Positions 20,257-28,426 of a stretch of DNA of 64,000 nt are shown piece by piece. Below the pieces are notes generated by a model, which did not search any database, was not told where the DNA came from, and saw only the letters and a list, made by a program, of their open reading frames with translations. Origin of the DNA: Fidelibacterota bacterium (GTDB lineage: Bacteria > Fidelibacterota > UBA8477 > JABMPR01); the NCBI GenBank assembly GCA_018673925.1, contig JABHBL010000096.1, forward strand, positions 84,071 to 148,070, read 5' to 3'. Numbering within the stretch: position 1 is the stretch's first letter; the number at the start of each line of letters is the position of its first letter. Made by a program: the position numbers and the translations under genes.

Positions 20257-21498
20257 CTATTCCTTGTCGTCAACATTAAACTTTTTACGCTTGGTAATCT
20301 CTACCCTGTCGCCATCATTCAGACCACGGCTAATTTCCTTATAGGGTCCGGTGACAATTTCATCATCCAGCTCCAAACCAGACAAGATTTCAAAATCCCG
20401 TTCACCAATAATCCCAGTGACTACCTCACGTTGAATTACTTCTTTGCCCTTGCCTTTTTCACTGTCTACCAGGACAAACACAACTTCCACAGGTTCAAGA
20501 TCGTCATCTTCCATATTCATGCTACTGTCAGCTCGTGAAAGTTCTTTATCCTGCTTTTCCTCAAGTTGCTTGGGTTTTCTCATGGTGATGCTTTGAATGG
20601 GAACAAAGAGAACATCATTCTGAACATCTGAACGGATATCTACCGCAGCTGACATACCTGGCCTAATTTCTTCTGGTGGATCCAAGAGACGAATTTGCAC
20701 CTTGAAATTGGTCACCTGATCAAGACTACCTCCGCCAGTATTCTGGGCACTGTGGGCAATCTCAGTGACGATTCCCTGAAACATGGTGTCCTGAAGGGCA
20801 TCGATTTCGATTTCAGTGGTATCACCCAGGGAGACATCAACCACATCGTTTTCATTTACATCGACCAGGACTTCCATCTCATTCAAGTCGGCAATAATCA
20901 TAATGATGTCCCGACTAAAGGCGGAACCCAATGCCATTTCTCCGACTTCTTTATTGACGAGAGTAACGGTTCCCGACATGGGTGCAAACATCATAGTCTT
21001 TTTGTAGTTATCCTGTGATTGGGCTAGCGCTGCTTCAGCCTGTTTTTTAGCTGACAGACTCTGTTGAAAACGAACGAGTGCTCCCTGATAGATTAGCTCG
21101 CTCACCAATTTTTTTTGAAATAATTCGAACTGTTGATTCTTTTCCAGTTCAGCCAGTGATAATGAAGCTTCAGAAGAAGCCAGGACCTGTTCAGCGCGAT
21201 CTACATCGGCTTTATAACGAGTCGCATCGAGTTGTGCCAGGAATTTTCCCTTCTCAACCCAGTCACCTTCTTTGACAGCCATGCGAATCACTCGACCTGC
21301 CACGTCAGCACTCACATCGACTTCAACGACGGGCTGGATTCTCCCTGAGGCAGCAACTTTATGGACAACTTGTCCGCGTTCAACTTTTGCAGATTGGACT
21401 TCCTTCGTACTACCCTGATCCTTTTTTACCGCGAAAAATCCACCAACACCTACAACAATGACAACCAGGACAATTACTATTATTTTCTTTTTAGACAT
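20257..21498 (-). CDS. Periplasmic adaptor subunit (HlyD/MacA membrane-fusion protein)
   Basis: N-terminal TM anchor (IIVIVLVVIVVGVGGFFAV), coiled-coil hairpin, beta-barrel/lipoyl-like segments. Confidence 0.8.
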   Translation of the reverse strand: MSKKKIIVIVLVVIVVGVGGFFAVKKDQGSTKEVQSAKVERGQVVHKVAASGRIQPVVEVDVSADVAGRVIRMAVKEGDWVEKGKFLAQLDATRYKADVDRAEQVLASSEASLSLAELEKNQQFELFQKKLVSELIYQGALVRFQQSLSAKKQAEAALAQSQDNYKKTMMFAPMSGTVTLVNKEVGEMALGSAFSRDIIMIIADLNEMEVLVDVNENDVVDVSLGDTTEIEIDALQDTMFQGIVTEIAHSAQNTGGGSLDQVTNFKVQIRLLDPPEEIRPGMSAAVDIRSDVQNDVLFVPIQSITMRKPKQLEEKQDKELSRADSSMNMEDDDLEPVEVVFVLVDSEKGKGKEVIQREVVTGIIGERDFEILSGLELDDEIVTGPYKEISRGLNDGDRVEITKRKKFNVDDKE

Positions 21499-21507
21499 AT
21501 CAACCTC

Positions 21508-22785
21508 TTAACGTTTTCCCATCAATTGAAGCAGTCCTGCTTCAGCAACTTTCAGATTGTGCTGGGTGCGGATTAAATTTGATTTCGCATCTTCGTAGCT
21601 AGCTGTGATTCTCAATACATCCAGAATGGAGAGGGACCCAATTTTATACTGCTCCTGAGCTAATAGCAGATCTTGTTCTGAAGCTGTTAGAATGAGTTGA
21701 GAAATTTTTACAGATTCTTTCAGGGCATCCATTTGCTCTAGAGTTTGGGCTAATTCTTTGCGAAGTTTTCTGACAGATAAATCATAGTTCTCTTCTGCCA
21801 TTTTTGCGTTGATTTTTCCCTGCTCGACACCCCGACTTGTTCGGGTGCCATTAAACAGATTCCAGCTAAGAGAAAGTCCGGCAGACTTTGTTGAAGTAGT
21901 TTCTCCAAAAATGTCACCCATGGCTGCCGCGCTGTTCCTATAAGAGGCAGAAAAGGCCAGAGAGGGCATATAGCCAGCTCGTGCGATTTTGACATTATAG
22001 GCCATAATCTCTTTGTTTTGGTCTAACAGTTTTAGCGAATGATTCGAGCTGAGAACTTCATCAAGAATTTGGTCTACTGTAGGGACTTGAACTTCTTCCC
22101 AGGTAGGTTCTGCCAGGGTAAGGGAGGCATCCGCATCACGACCCAGAATAATGTTGAGGTTCCGAGACTTTGACTTCAGGTCAACTTCTCCATTGATAAT
22201 CTGTAGCCGAGAGTTTTCAATATTGACCCGGGTTCTCAAAGTGTCATTTTGTGAGGCAGCACCGAGTTTGAAGCGTTCAAGTGTGAGTTGATGTTGATAC
22301 TCGCTGGTCGTCTGGTTCTCACGATAGACATCGAGGAGTTGTTGAGTAGATAAATAACTGTAATAGGCTGCTTTGACCGAATATACTGTATTTACCTCAT
22401 AACTATCATACTGGATATTGGCCGCATCCTGGGCAATCTTGGCGGACTTAAGCGTATTCCACCAGGCACCACCATCCCAGATGTTTTGGGAAAGCGTGAG
22501 GGAATTTGAATAGCTATCATTCCATCCGAGACCGAACATATCACTACTACCGCCTGAGAGTGAAAAATTAACAACCGGTAAAACCATACCGATGTTGCTC
22601 TTGGCCTGAGAGACACTTCTATCTGTCTCAAAGCGGTTGATTTTCAGAGACTGATTGTGTTCCAATCCAATTTGGATACAATCGTCGAGAGTTATGGGTG
22701 AAGATGACTGACTAAAACCTGGGAGACAGAACCCAATAATGAGTAGTGAGCCTATTGTTTTTAAACGCATGGAAGTTCCTATCAT
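21508..22785 (-). CDS. TolC-family outer-membrane efflux protein
   Basis: Signal peptide. Two tandem coiled-coil/beta repeats, about 425 aa. Position directly upstream of the adaptor. Confidence 0.8.
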   Translation of the reverse strand: MIGTSMRLKTIGSLLIIGFCLPGFSQSSSPITLDDCIQIGLEHNQSLKINRFETDRSVSQAKSNIGMVLPVVNFSLSGGSSDMFGLGWNDSYSNSLTLSQNIWDGGAWWNTLKSAKIAQDAANIQYDSYEVNTVYSVKAAYYSYLSTQQLLDVYRENQTTSEYQHQLTLERFKLGAASQNDTLRTRVNIENSRLQIINGEVDLKSKSRNLNIILGRDADASLTLAEPTWEEVQVPTVDQILDEVLSSNHSLKLLDQNKEIMAYNVKIARAGYMPSLAFSASYRNSAAAMGDIFGETTSTKSAGLSLSWNLFNGTRTSRGVEQGKINAKMAEENYDLSVRKLRKELAQTLEQMDALKESVKISQLILTASEQDLLLAQEQYKIGSLSILDVLRITASYEDAKSNLIRTQHNLKVAEAGLLQLMGKR

Positions 22786-22820
22786 AAATATTTTTAATTA
22801 ATTGTTATTCTGTTCGCCAT

Positions 22821-23615
22821 TTAACCCATAAACGCAGAATTGGCCTTCAAGAGGGCTGCTCCAATGGAGACAAGTATAAGCCAGGGAAACCCTACAGCCA
22901 TGATGCCAGTAGCAGTTGGTTTGTTATAGAGTTTGGCAAAACCAAATCCCATGACCACCATACCCCAGACGCGGAATAGGTCGAGTTGATTCGCAAAATG
23001 CTTAAGGAAGGTGTCAATCTCATCAAACAATAGTCCAGGACTTAATGCCAGACTTGTGGACTCCTTGATCATGATTAAAGGAGTTTTGACCATCAGTTCC
23101 AGAGTTCCAACCCCTGGAAGCATATTCATAAAGAATCCGTTGCCACCAATCAGGTATGTCAGCATCACCATAGTAAACATTTGGAAGAATTTGACTTGTC
23201 CACCCATTCCAAAATTACCAACCAGGAGCAAGATTGCCGCAAAGAAGGCGGCCATGACCAAAAGCATGATGGGAAGTAGGAAATAGCCCCACAGGTTTCT
23301 AAAAGCAAAGGGGTTTTCTCGGGCATCATCAACTTTCTCAAAACCTTCGTACATCTTATCAAGGTATGCGGCTTTCTGTTCTTCAGGCATATCAGCATTG
23401 TTCTCAATTGAACGCATTATTTTGTTGAGTCGATATTCACCTTCATCAAGGCTAATATCTCTATAAAAAAGAGGTAGGATGATTAGCCCAGCTACAACGA
23501 TGATAAAGGGGTAGAGCCAATCCTTATATGAAACCCCATCAACCAAACCATCAAAGGCTTTACTGGGAGTAAAAATCAGATTTACTATCCGTTGAATAAA
23601 TGATGTGTTTTCCAT
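22821..23615 (-). CDS. Yip1-domain-like polytopic membrane protein
   Basis: N-terminus IQRIVNLIFTPSKAFDGL typical of bacterial Yip1-family proteins, then 5 TM helices. Confidence 0.4.
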   Translation of the reverse strand: MENTSFIQRIVNLIFTPSKAFDGLVDGVSYKDWLYPFIIVVAGLIILPLFYRDISLDEGEYRLNKIMRSIENNADMPEEQKAAYLDKMYEGFEKVDDARENPFAFRNLWGYFLLPIMLLVMAAFFAAILLLVGNFGMGGQVKFFQMFTMVMLTYLIGGNGFFMNMLPGVGTLELMVKTPLIMIKESTSLALSPGLLFDEIDTFLKHFANQLDLFRVWGMVVMGFGFAKLYNKPTATGIMAVGFPWLILVSIGAALLKANSAFMG

Positions 23616-23782
23616 GAGATCAAACCCTTTTGCAATTGTAGGTCGGTATAGGTGTCATTTTATCCAGTTGAAGTGAACCGACCCAGTTCACTCCGAACTT
23701 TCTTTTATTCGGCAATCAATATGCCACGTGTTCAGGTCAGGGGCATAACTTTCTGAAACTATATCTATCTTGAAGCATTAAC

Positions 23783-24640
23783 TCACTTCAGCGTAAAATG
23801 ATCCTCCTGAAATGGTGTTGTCTCTGCCTCGTTGACATCATACTTCATGGTGAAGATATCGTCATCATCTTCATCCAGGAGTCTGATTACAAATCTGACA
23901 ATCTCGCCATCAGGGCGGTCCCATTCTTTATCCCTTTTGATGCTGTTGTATATGACATCCACCAGTGATGGGATACCTTCCACATGATCCTCATTATAGC
24001 CCAGTTTCTGGCTAAGATCTTCTCGTGCTTTTGTGATTTTGGATAAGGCCATGGACTTGGTTGTATAGAATTCCTCCACGATGATCCTTGTGTCAGAATC
24101 TTCAGGATAAACTGAAGTGACTACTTTTCTGGCTTTAAAGCCATTTATATTTTTTTCATAGCCCAAAATCTCACGGACCATTTTGGGGAGATCATCTATA
24201 TCATTTTGATCTGACCCCATATCAATATGAGTTTCATGATCGCCTGCTTCGGCAGCTTTTGATTCACGGAGTTCTTTAAAAGAATGGGGTGCAAAGGCAT
24301 CAGTTTCTATATTGTATTGCCACTGAACATCATCGCATAAATTAGAAAGAACGACTTCAGTACTCCTACCATCTGACTCACTTACCATTTTGATCAGCGC
24401 GTTATGCATCTTGATTGATGTGTCTTCTTTAAGCTTGCAGCCTGATAGATAGCTAGATGTCTTGGTAGTAATCTTGCCTACAACTGGTATCTCGATGACG
24501 GTTTTTTCCTCGAGATGATATTCTTTATCGCCAGCATAGAGGGGCAGTGTATATGTGAACAGCCCCAGAATAATAGCGATGATTAATGCTGCTCTAGTCT
24601 TCATAACAAATTCTCTTTCTTCAAAGTTCCAGGGTTTCAT
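23783..24640 (-). CDS. Secreted hypothetical protein, translationally coupled to the ABC-2 permease
   Basis: ATGA overlap with the upstream permease stop at 24637-24640. Signal peptide MKTRAALIIAIILGLFTYTLPLYAG. Acidic C-terminus (LLDEDDDDIF). Confidence 0.4.
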   Translation of the reverse strand: MKPWNFEEREFVMKTRAALIIAIILGLFTYTLPLYAGDKEYHLEEKTVIEIPVVGKITTKTSSYLSGCKLKEDTSIKMHNALIKMVSESDGRSTEVVLSNLCDDVQWQYNIETDAFAPHSFKELRESKAAEAGDHETHIDMGSDQNDIDDLPKMVREILGYEKNINGFKARKVVTSVYPEDSDTRIIVEEFYTTKSMALSKITKAREDLSQKLGYNEDHVEGIPSLVDVIYNSIKRDKEWDRPDGEIVRFVIRLLDEDDDDIFTMKYDVNEAETTPFQEDHFTLK

Positions 24641-25638
24641 CCCGTTGGTATATTTTTGCGATACGTGTGCCATATGCCATAGTAAAGCAAGGCCGATACC
24701 AAAACAGAAATGGCAGTGTCAACATTGAAGATATACGCCCAGAAATTCCCGTATATGGCCATGTCAGTATCTAGTCCTTTTTCCATCATTTCCCATTGAT
24801 CGATAATGACCTGGTTAAAACCCCAGAAGAATTTTCCGATGGTCTTCAACAGGGCAGCACTTTGGAAAATGATGGCCCAACTGATGGATAGAAGAATCGG
24901 CGCACCTATACCAACCAGAAGGGGACGTCCTTTTACGTATGTCCCAACCAGCATAAGGAATAGAGCGAGAGGCGCCATGTGGATGGCTGCAAAAAGAAGA
25001 TAGCCAAACCAATCCCAGATGAGTCTTAGATAGGATATTTGGTTTAACACGAGACTTGCCAGGGAGGTAAAAGGTTCACCCATGATCCAAATAGCAGTTC
25101 GAAGAAATGCCAGATACTCAATTGAGAGAAATAAAGTCAATCCGATCACTCCTATGAGACCGGCTGCTATTTTTGAGCCGAGGAGCATATGATCATTGAC
25201 CGGTAAACTTCTATAGAATAGTGTGCTATTGTCCGCACGTTCCTTATAGATAGCATCTGAAAAGTAGAACAGGCTGAGAAATAGGATAAAGCCAAAGGTT
25301 CCCATCATACCCAGTCGTAGACCAAAGGCGATAGGAAGAGCTGCTTTCTTGAGCACTTGTTCAACACTACGAGGGGTATCATCTCCATCAATACTAAGCT
25401 CAACATCGTTTCCGTTCATACGAACATCGACGTCAAATTCCTCGTCCTCATCACTGAATCGGACATCTTCAATAAGGATATGACCATCTTTCTCCAGTTC
25501 CGAGTGGAGGAAGTCTGAACCACGGGAAACAGAAAGCAGCATCAGCAGGTTCAGAAATGTGATAACCAGGATGGTGCCGATGATGACCCTTTGCCATTCC
25601 AGCCATTCGCGTTTTAACAGGATCATTAATGGTTTCAT
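24637..25638 (-). CDS. ABC-2 family transporter permease
   Basis: 6 TM with a large extracytoplasmic loop after TM1. Overlaps the ATPase gene by 4 nt. Confidence 0.55.
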   Translation of the reverse strand: MKPLMILLKREWLEWQRVIIGTILVITFLNLLMLLSVSRGSDFLHSELEKDGHILIEDVRFSDEDEEFDVDVRMNGNDVELSIDGDDTPRSVEQVLKKAALPIAFGLRLGMMGTFGFILFLSLFYFSDAIYKERADNSTLFYRSLPVNDHMLLGSKIAAGLIGVIGLTLFLSIEYLAFLRTAIWIMGEPFTSLASLVLNQISYLRLIWDWFGYLLFAAIHMAPLALFLMLVGTYVKGRPLLVGIGAPILLSISWAIIFQSAALLKTIGKFFWGFNQVIIDQWEMMEKGLDTDMAIYGNFWAYIFNVDTAISVLVSALLYYGIWHTYRKNIPTG

Positions 25639-26492
25639 GATTCACCTCCCATAAGAGCAACAAAAATGTCAGCAACAGAAGGGGTTTGGATGTCACCCAG
25701 GCCCACCAGTGCTTTGCTCTCAGTATTTTCAAGTAAAAAGACTCTCCGACCCAGAATACCATATTCACTCATGGGTTTGAGTTGATCCCTTAGTGTTTCT
25801 GCCTGGTCTGCAGGTACGGTTAATTGGGTAAAGCGCTTACCTAGGTCTTCAATACTGGCATAAAGCAGGATTTTCCCCTTGTTGATGAAAATGACATCGG
25901 AGAGGATATGCTCAACCTCTTCAATCTGATGAGTTGATATCAGAATAGATTTTTCCTCATCGAAGTAATCTTCCAGAACGCTGGTGTAGAGTTGCTTTCT
26001 AAAAAGAATGTCTAAACCATGGGTTGGCTCATCCAGGATAAGCAGACGGGAATCCGTTGATAGCGTGACTGCCAGATGCAATTGTGTTTTCATGCCTTTG
26101 CTCAAGGACTTGATTTTTTTATCCATGGGGATTGTGGTTGATTTAAGAAAGGTTTCTGCTTTTTCACGATGGAACCCAGGATGGATACCTTCAAGAAAAT
26201 CCAGAAGTTCTCTGGTTTTCATCCAGGATGGCAGGACAGCGATGTCATGGATGACACCAGTTTTTCCCATAAGTTCAGCACGTTGTGTGCGGGGCTCGCA
26301 GTCCAAAACTTTGGCTTCACCCTGGTAATCCAATTCTCCAGTGAGAGCTCGTAACAGGGTCGTTTTGCCTGCTCCATTGGGACCGACGAGTCCGACAATT
26401 TTCCCGGGTGGAATTTCAAGATTAACAGCATCCAGGGCTTTTAGATCGCCATAGGATTTGCTTACATTTTTTAATTCGATAAGGGCAGTCAT
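25635..26492 (-). CDS. ABC transporter ATP-binding protein
   Basis: Walker A GPNGAGKTTLL, signature-like LSKGMKTQLHL, Walker B LILDEPTHGLD. Confidence 0.85.
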   Translation of the reverse strand: MTALIELKNVSKSYGDLKALDAVNLEIPPGKIVGLVGPNGAGKTTLLRALTGELDYQGEAKVLDCEPRTQRAELMGKTGVIHDIAVLPSWMKTRELLDFLEGIHPGFHREKAETFLKSTTIPMDKKIKSLSKGMKTQLHLAVTLSTDSRLLILDEPTHGLDILFRKQLYTSVLEDYFDEEKSILISTHQIEEVEHILSDVIFINKGKILLYASIEDLGKRFTQLTVPADQAETLRDQLKPMSEYGILGRRVFLLENTESKALVGLGDIQTPSVADIFVALMGGES

Positions 26493-26860
26493 CAGACTTC
26501 CTCCCCGTAATTTTTTTGGATGAGTTTAATCAGGTCCGCCTGGGAGATGGATAGCAGTTGAGCTTCCTGGACCAAAGCTTGTATAGTTTCATTTTTAAAG
26601 CGATCGCTGGCGCTCCTGTTGAGCTGTTTACGAGCGTTGCTTTGGACAAACATGCCTAGTCCTCTTCTTTTTTCCAAGAGACCCTCCTGTATCAGTAATT
26701 GTGTTGCGTTTAATACGGTCTGAGGATTCAGCCCATACTCAACAGATATCTGTCTAACAGAAGGTATTGCCGTTTCGGCTTGTAGCGCCCCTGAAAGTAT
26801 GTCCTGGCGAATGGACTCAGCCAGTTGTTGGTAGATCGGTGTTTTTTGATCAAAGTTCAT
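26492..26860 (-). CDS. GntR-family transcriptional regulator, YtrA-like short subfamily
   Basis: 122 aa. wHTH IPSVRQISVEYGLNPQTVLNATQLLIQEGLL. Sits directly upstream of the ABC ATPase/permease, as in ytrA-type operons. AGGTG SD. Confidence 0.8.
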   Translation of the reverse strand: MNFDQKTPIYQQLAESIRQDILSGALQAETAIPSVRQISVEYGLNPQTVLNATQLLIQEGLLEKRRGLGMFVQSNARKQLNRSASDRFKNETIQALVQEAQLLSISQADLIKLIQKNYGEEV

Positions 26861-26877
26861 TTTCTTTCACCTCTTTT

Positions 26878-26901
26878 GGTGTTCTACATTACTATAACAC
26901 C
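26878..26901. promoter_or_regulatory. Putative GntR operator: inverted repeat GGTGTT-N12-AACACC overlapping the regulator leader
   Basis: Perfect 6-bp arms, 18-41 nt upstream of the GntR start codon, containing a TGT...ACA core. Confidence 0.4.
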
Positions 26902-27276
26902 AACACGATATGATATGCAAGAACTATTTTAAGTGTTGCTGGTACTTTGTTTGCTGCCATTCGGTTTGCCAGCTTGGTGATTAATAGCGGATATTGAACA
27001 TCTAAATTAATGATAGATACGGGGAATGATTTTTTCTAAGTTCGAGGACGATCATGATTACGGGATCATCTTGAATTGACATCGAGGTATTGAAAAAACA
27101 ATTACTTGCTACTGGGGACCGGCAATTCTGTTTCAGCTCGAAGCGACTTGCCATACGCTCTTCTCTGTTTCAATCTACATTTTTCTGCTTCAGCACAATG
27201 CTCAATTCCGATGGTGCCCCTTCTGGGGATATCATGACGTGGGAATAACATGGGATTAGCTGAGCATCAGAAGTAA

Positions 27277-27696
27277 ATGAAGAATAGTGGCTATAGCCTC
27301 GTTGAGGTTGTGTTGTCTGCTGTACTACTTTCCGTAGTCGCCGTAGGATCATACCAGATATATGATCATGTCAAATGGGAAGCAGATCAAGGGAAGAGAG
27401 ACCAGCTGGCTTGGACCAATATGGCTACTCGTATGGCCATTGCTGTCGATATGGACTATTTCACCATTCAAGGAAGTATGCCCGAATTTTCAGTTCCCAT
27501 TACCCTGGATGGAATTCAGGGCTACCGCACCACCACAGTCAGGGAAGTCGATGATCCCTTTGATGGTGTCGCCCCCATGGATACTACACTACCAGATTAT
27601 CTCAAGGTAACTGTCATGTTTGCCTGGTATGAACCCGATAATATTAAAGATAGTCTGAGTGTGAGTATATCTGAAGAACGTGGTTGGACATATTAA
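27277..27696 (+). CDS. Prepilin-type N-terminal cleavage/methylation domain protein (orphan pseudopilin)
   Basis: MKNSG|YSLVEVVLSAVLLSVVAVGSY matches the type IV prepilin leader, GFxxxE motif and hydrophobic helix. Confidence 0.6.
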   Translation: MKNSGYSLVEVVLSAVLLSVVAVGSYQIYDHVKWEADQGKRDQLAWTNMATRMAIAVDMDYFTIQGSMPEFSVPITLDGIQGYRTTTVREVDDPFDGVAPMDTTLPDYLKVTVMFAWYEPDNIKDSLSVSISEERGWTY

Positions 27697-27745
27697 CCAC
27701 GTAGGTTTTCACCACCTCCACCTCATACAGAATTGGACCAATTCA

Positions 27746-28276
27746 CTACAACAGAAACCTGAATATAATTCGGATTCTCATCTCTTCGGTTTCAAAGGAA
27801 GCAGACCTCCAATAATGATGATGCTTGCCACTCTCATATAGAAACATGGCCTCTCCACCCAGACTGAAATGATGAGTGAAATAATGTTCACCTCCAAAAG
27901 CAGGACCCCAGAATTGGAAGGTAATGGATTGTGACGAGTCATTAAGTAGGTTTGAGCTTTTACCAATCCCAGCTCGAAGACCATAGTAAATCAAGGTTTC
28001 CCCGTATCCATTTTTTAGAAACAGTCCAGAACCAAGCACGGTTTCGCGTACAGTACTGTAATTCATGGAAACAAATTTTTCTTTGGTCACTTTGTGAGAA
28101 AATGTGGGTTCAATTCTGAAACGACCCAAATCAATGGGTAGATATAAGGTGCCTTCCTGGGTAGTCATAATTGAAGTGTCATCCTTCTGAGGAAAGGCCA
28201 TCCCGAATCCCATCCGAAACGAGTTTTCAGTTACTTCAATAGCCCCGGCATTGCCTATAACTGATAGAATGATCAA
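27746..28276 (-). CDS. Small beta-rich outer-membrane-like protein; N-terminus probably extended
   Basis: Alternating hydrophobic beta-strand pattern, aromatic-rich C-terminus. Called TTG start; an in-frame upstream extension completes a signal peptide. Confidence 0.35.
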   Translation of the reverse strand: MIILSVIGNAGAIEVTENSFRMGFGMAFPQKDDTSIMTTQEGTLYLPIDLGRFRIEPTFSHKVTKEKFVSMNYSTVRETVLGSGLFLKNGYGETLIYYGLRAGIGKSSNLLNDSSQSITFQFWGPAFGGEHYFTHHFSLGGEAMFLYESGKHHHYWRSASFETEEMRIRIIFRFLL

Positions 28277-28360
28277 AATTATTCTGTAGATGATTCCCCC
28301 TTTGTTTGTTGATTAAAACAGAGGGATGGAAATATTGTTCCAAGATGTTTTTTTAAGCAA

Positions 28361-28395
28361 AAAAAAGGCGAGGAAAAAATCCTCGCCTTTTGATA
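28361..28395. terminator. Bidirectional rho-independent terminator downstream of the 1778-aa gene
   Basis: A8-GGCGAGGA-AAAAAA-TCCTCGCC-TTTTG. Confidence 0.7.
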
Positions 28396-28426
28396 TATAC
28401 AAGGGCTAGCCCTTACAAAATGGGTC

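Noticed and set aside
23660-23720. Two short hairpins (AGTGAAC-N7-GTTCACT, CCGAA-N11-TTCGG) between the secreted-protein gene and the Yip1-like gene
   Set aside because: No adjoining U-tract in the transcript orientation. Too weak to call as terminators.
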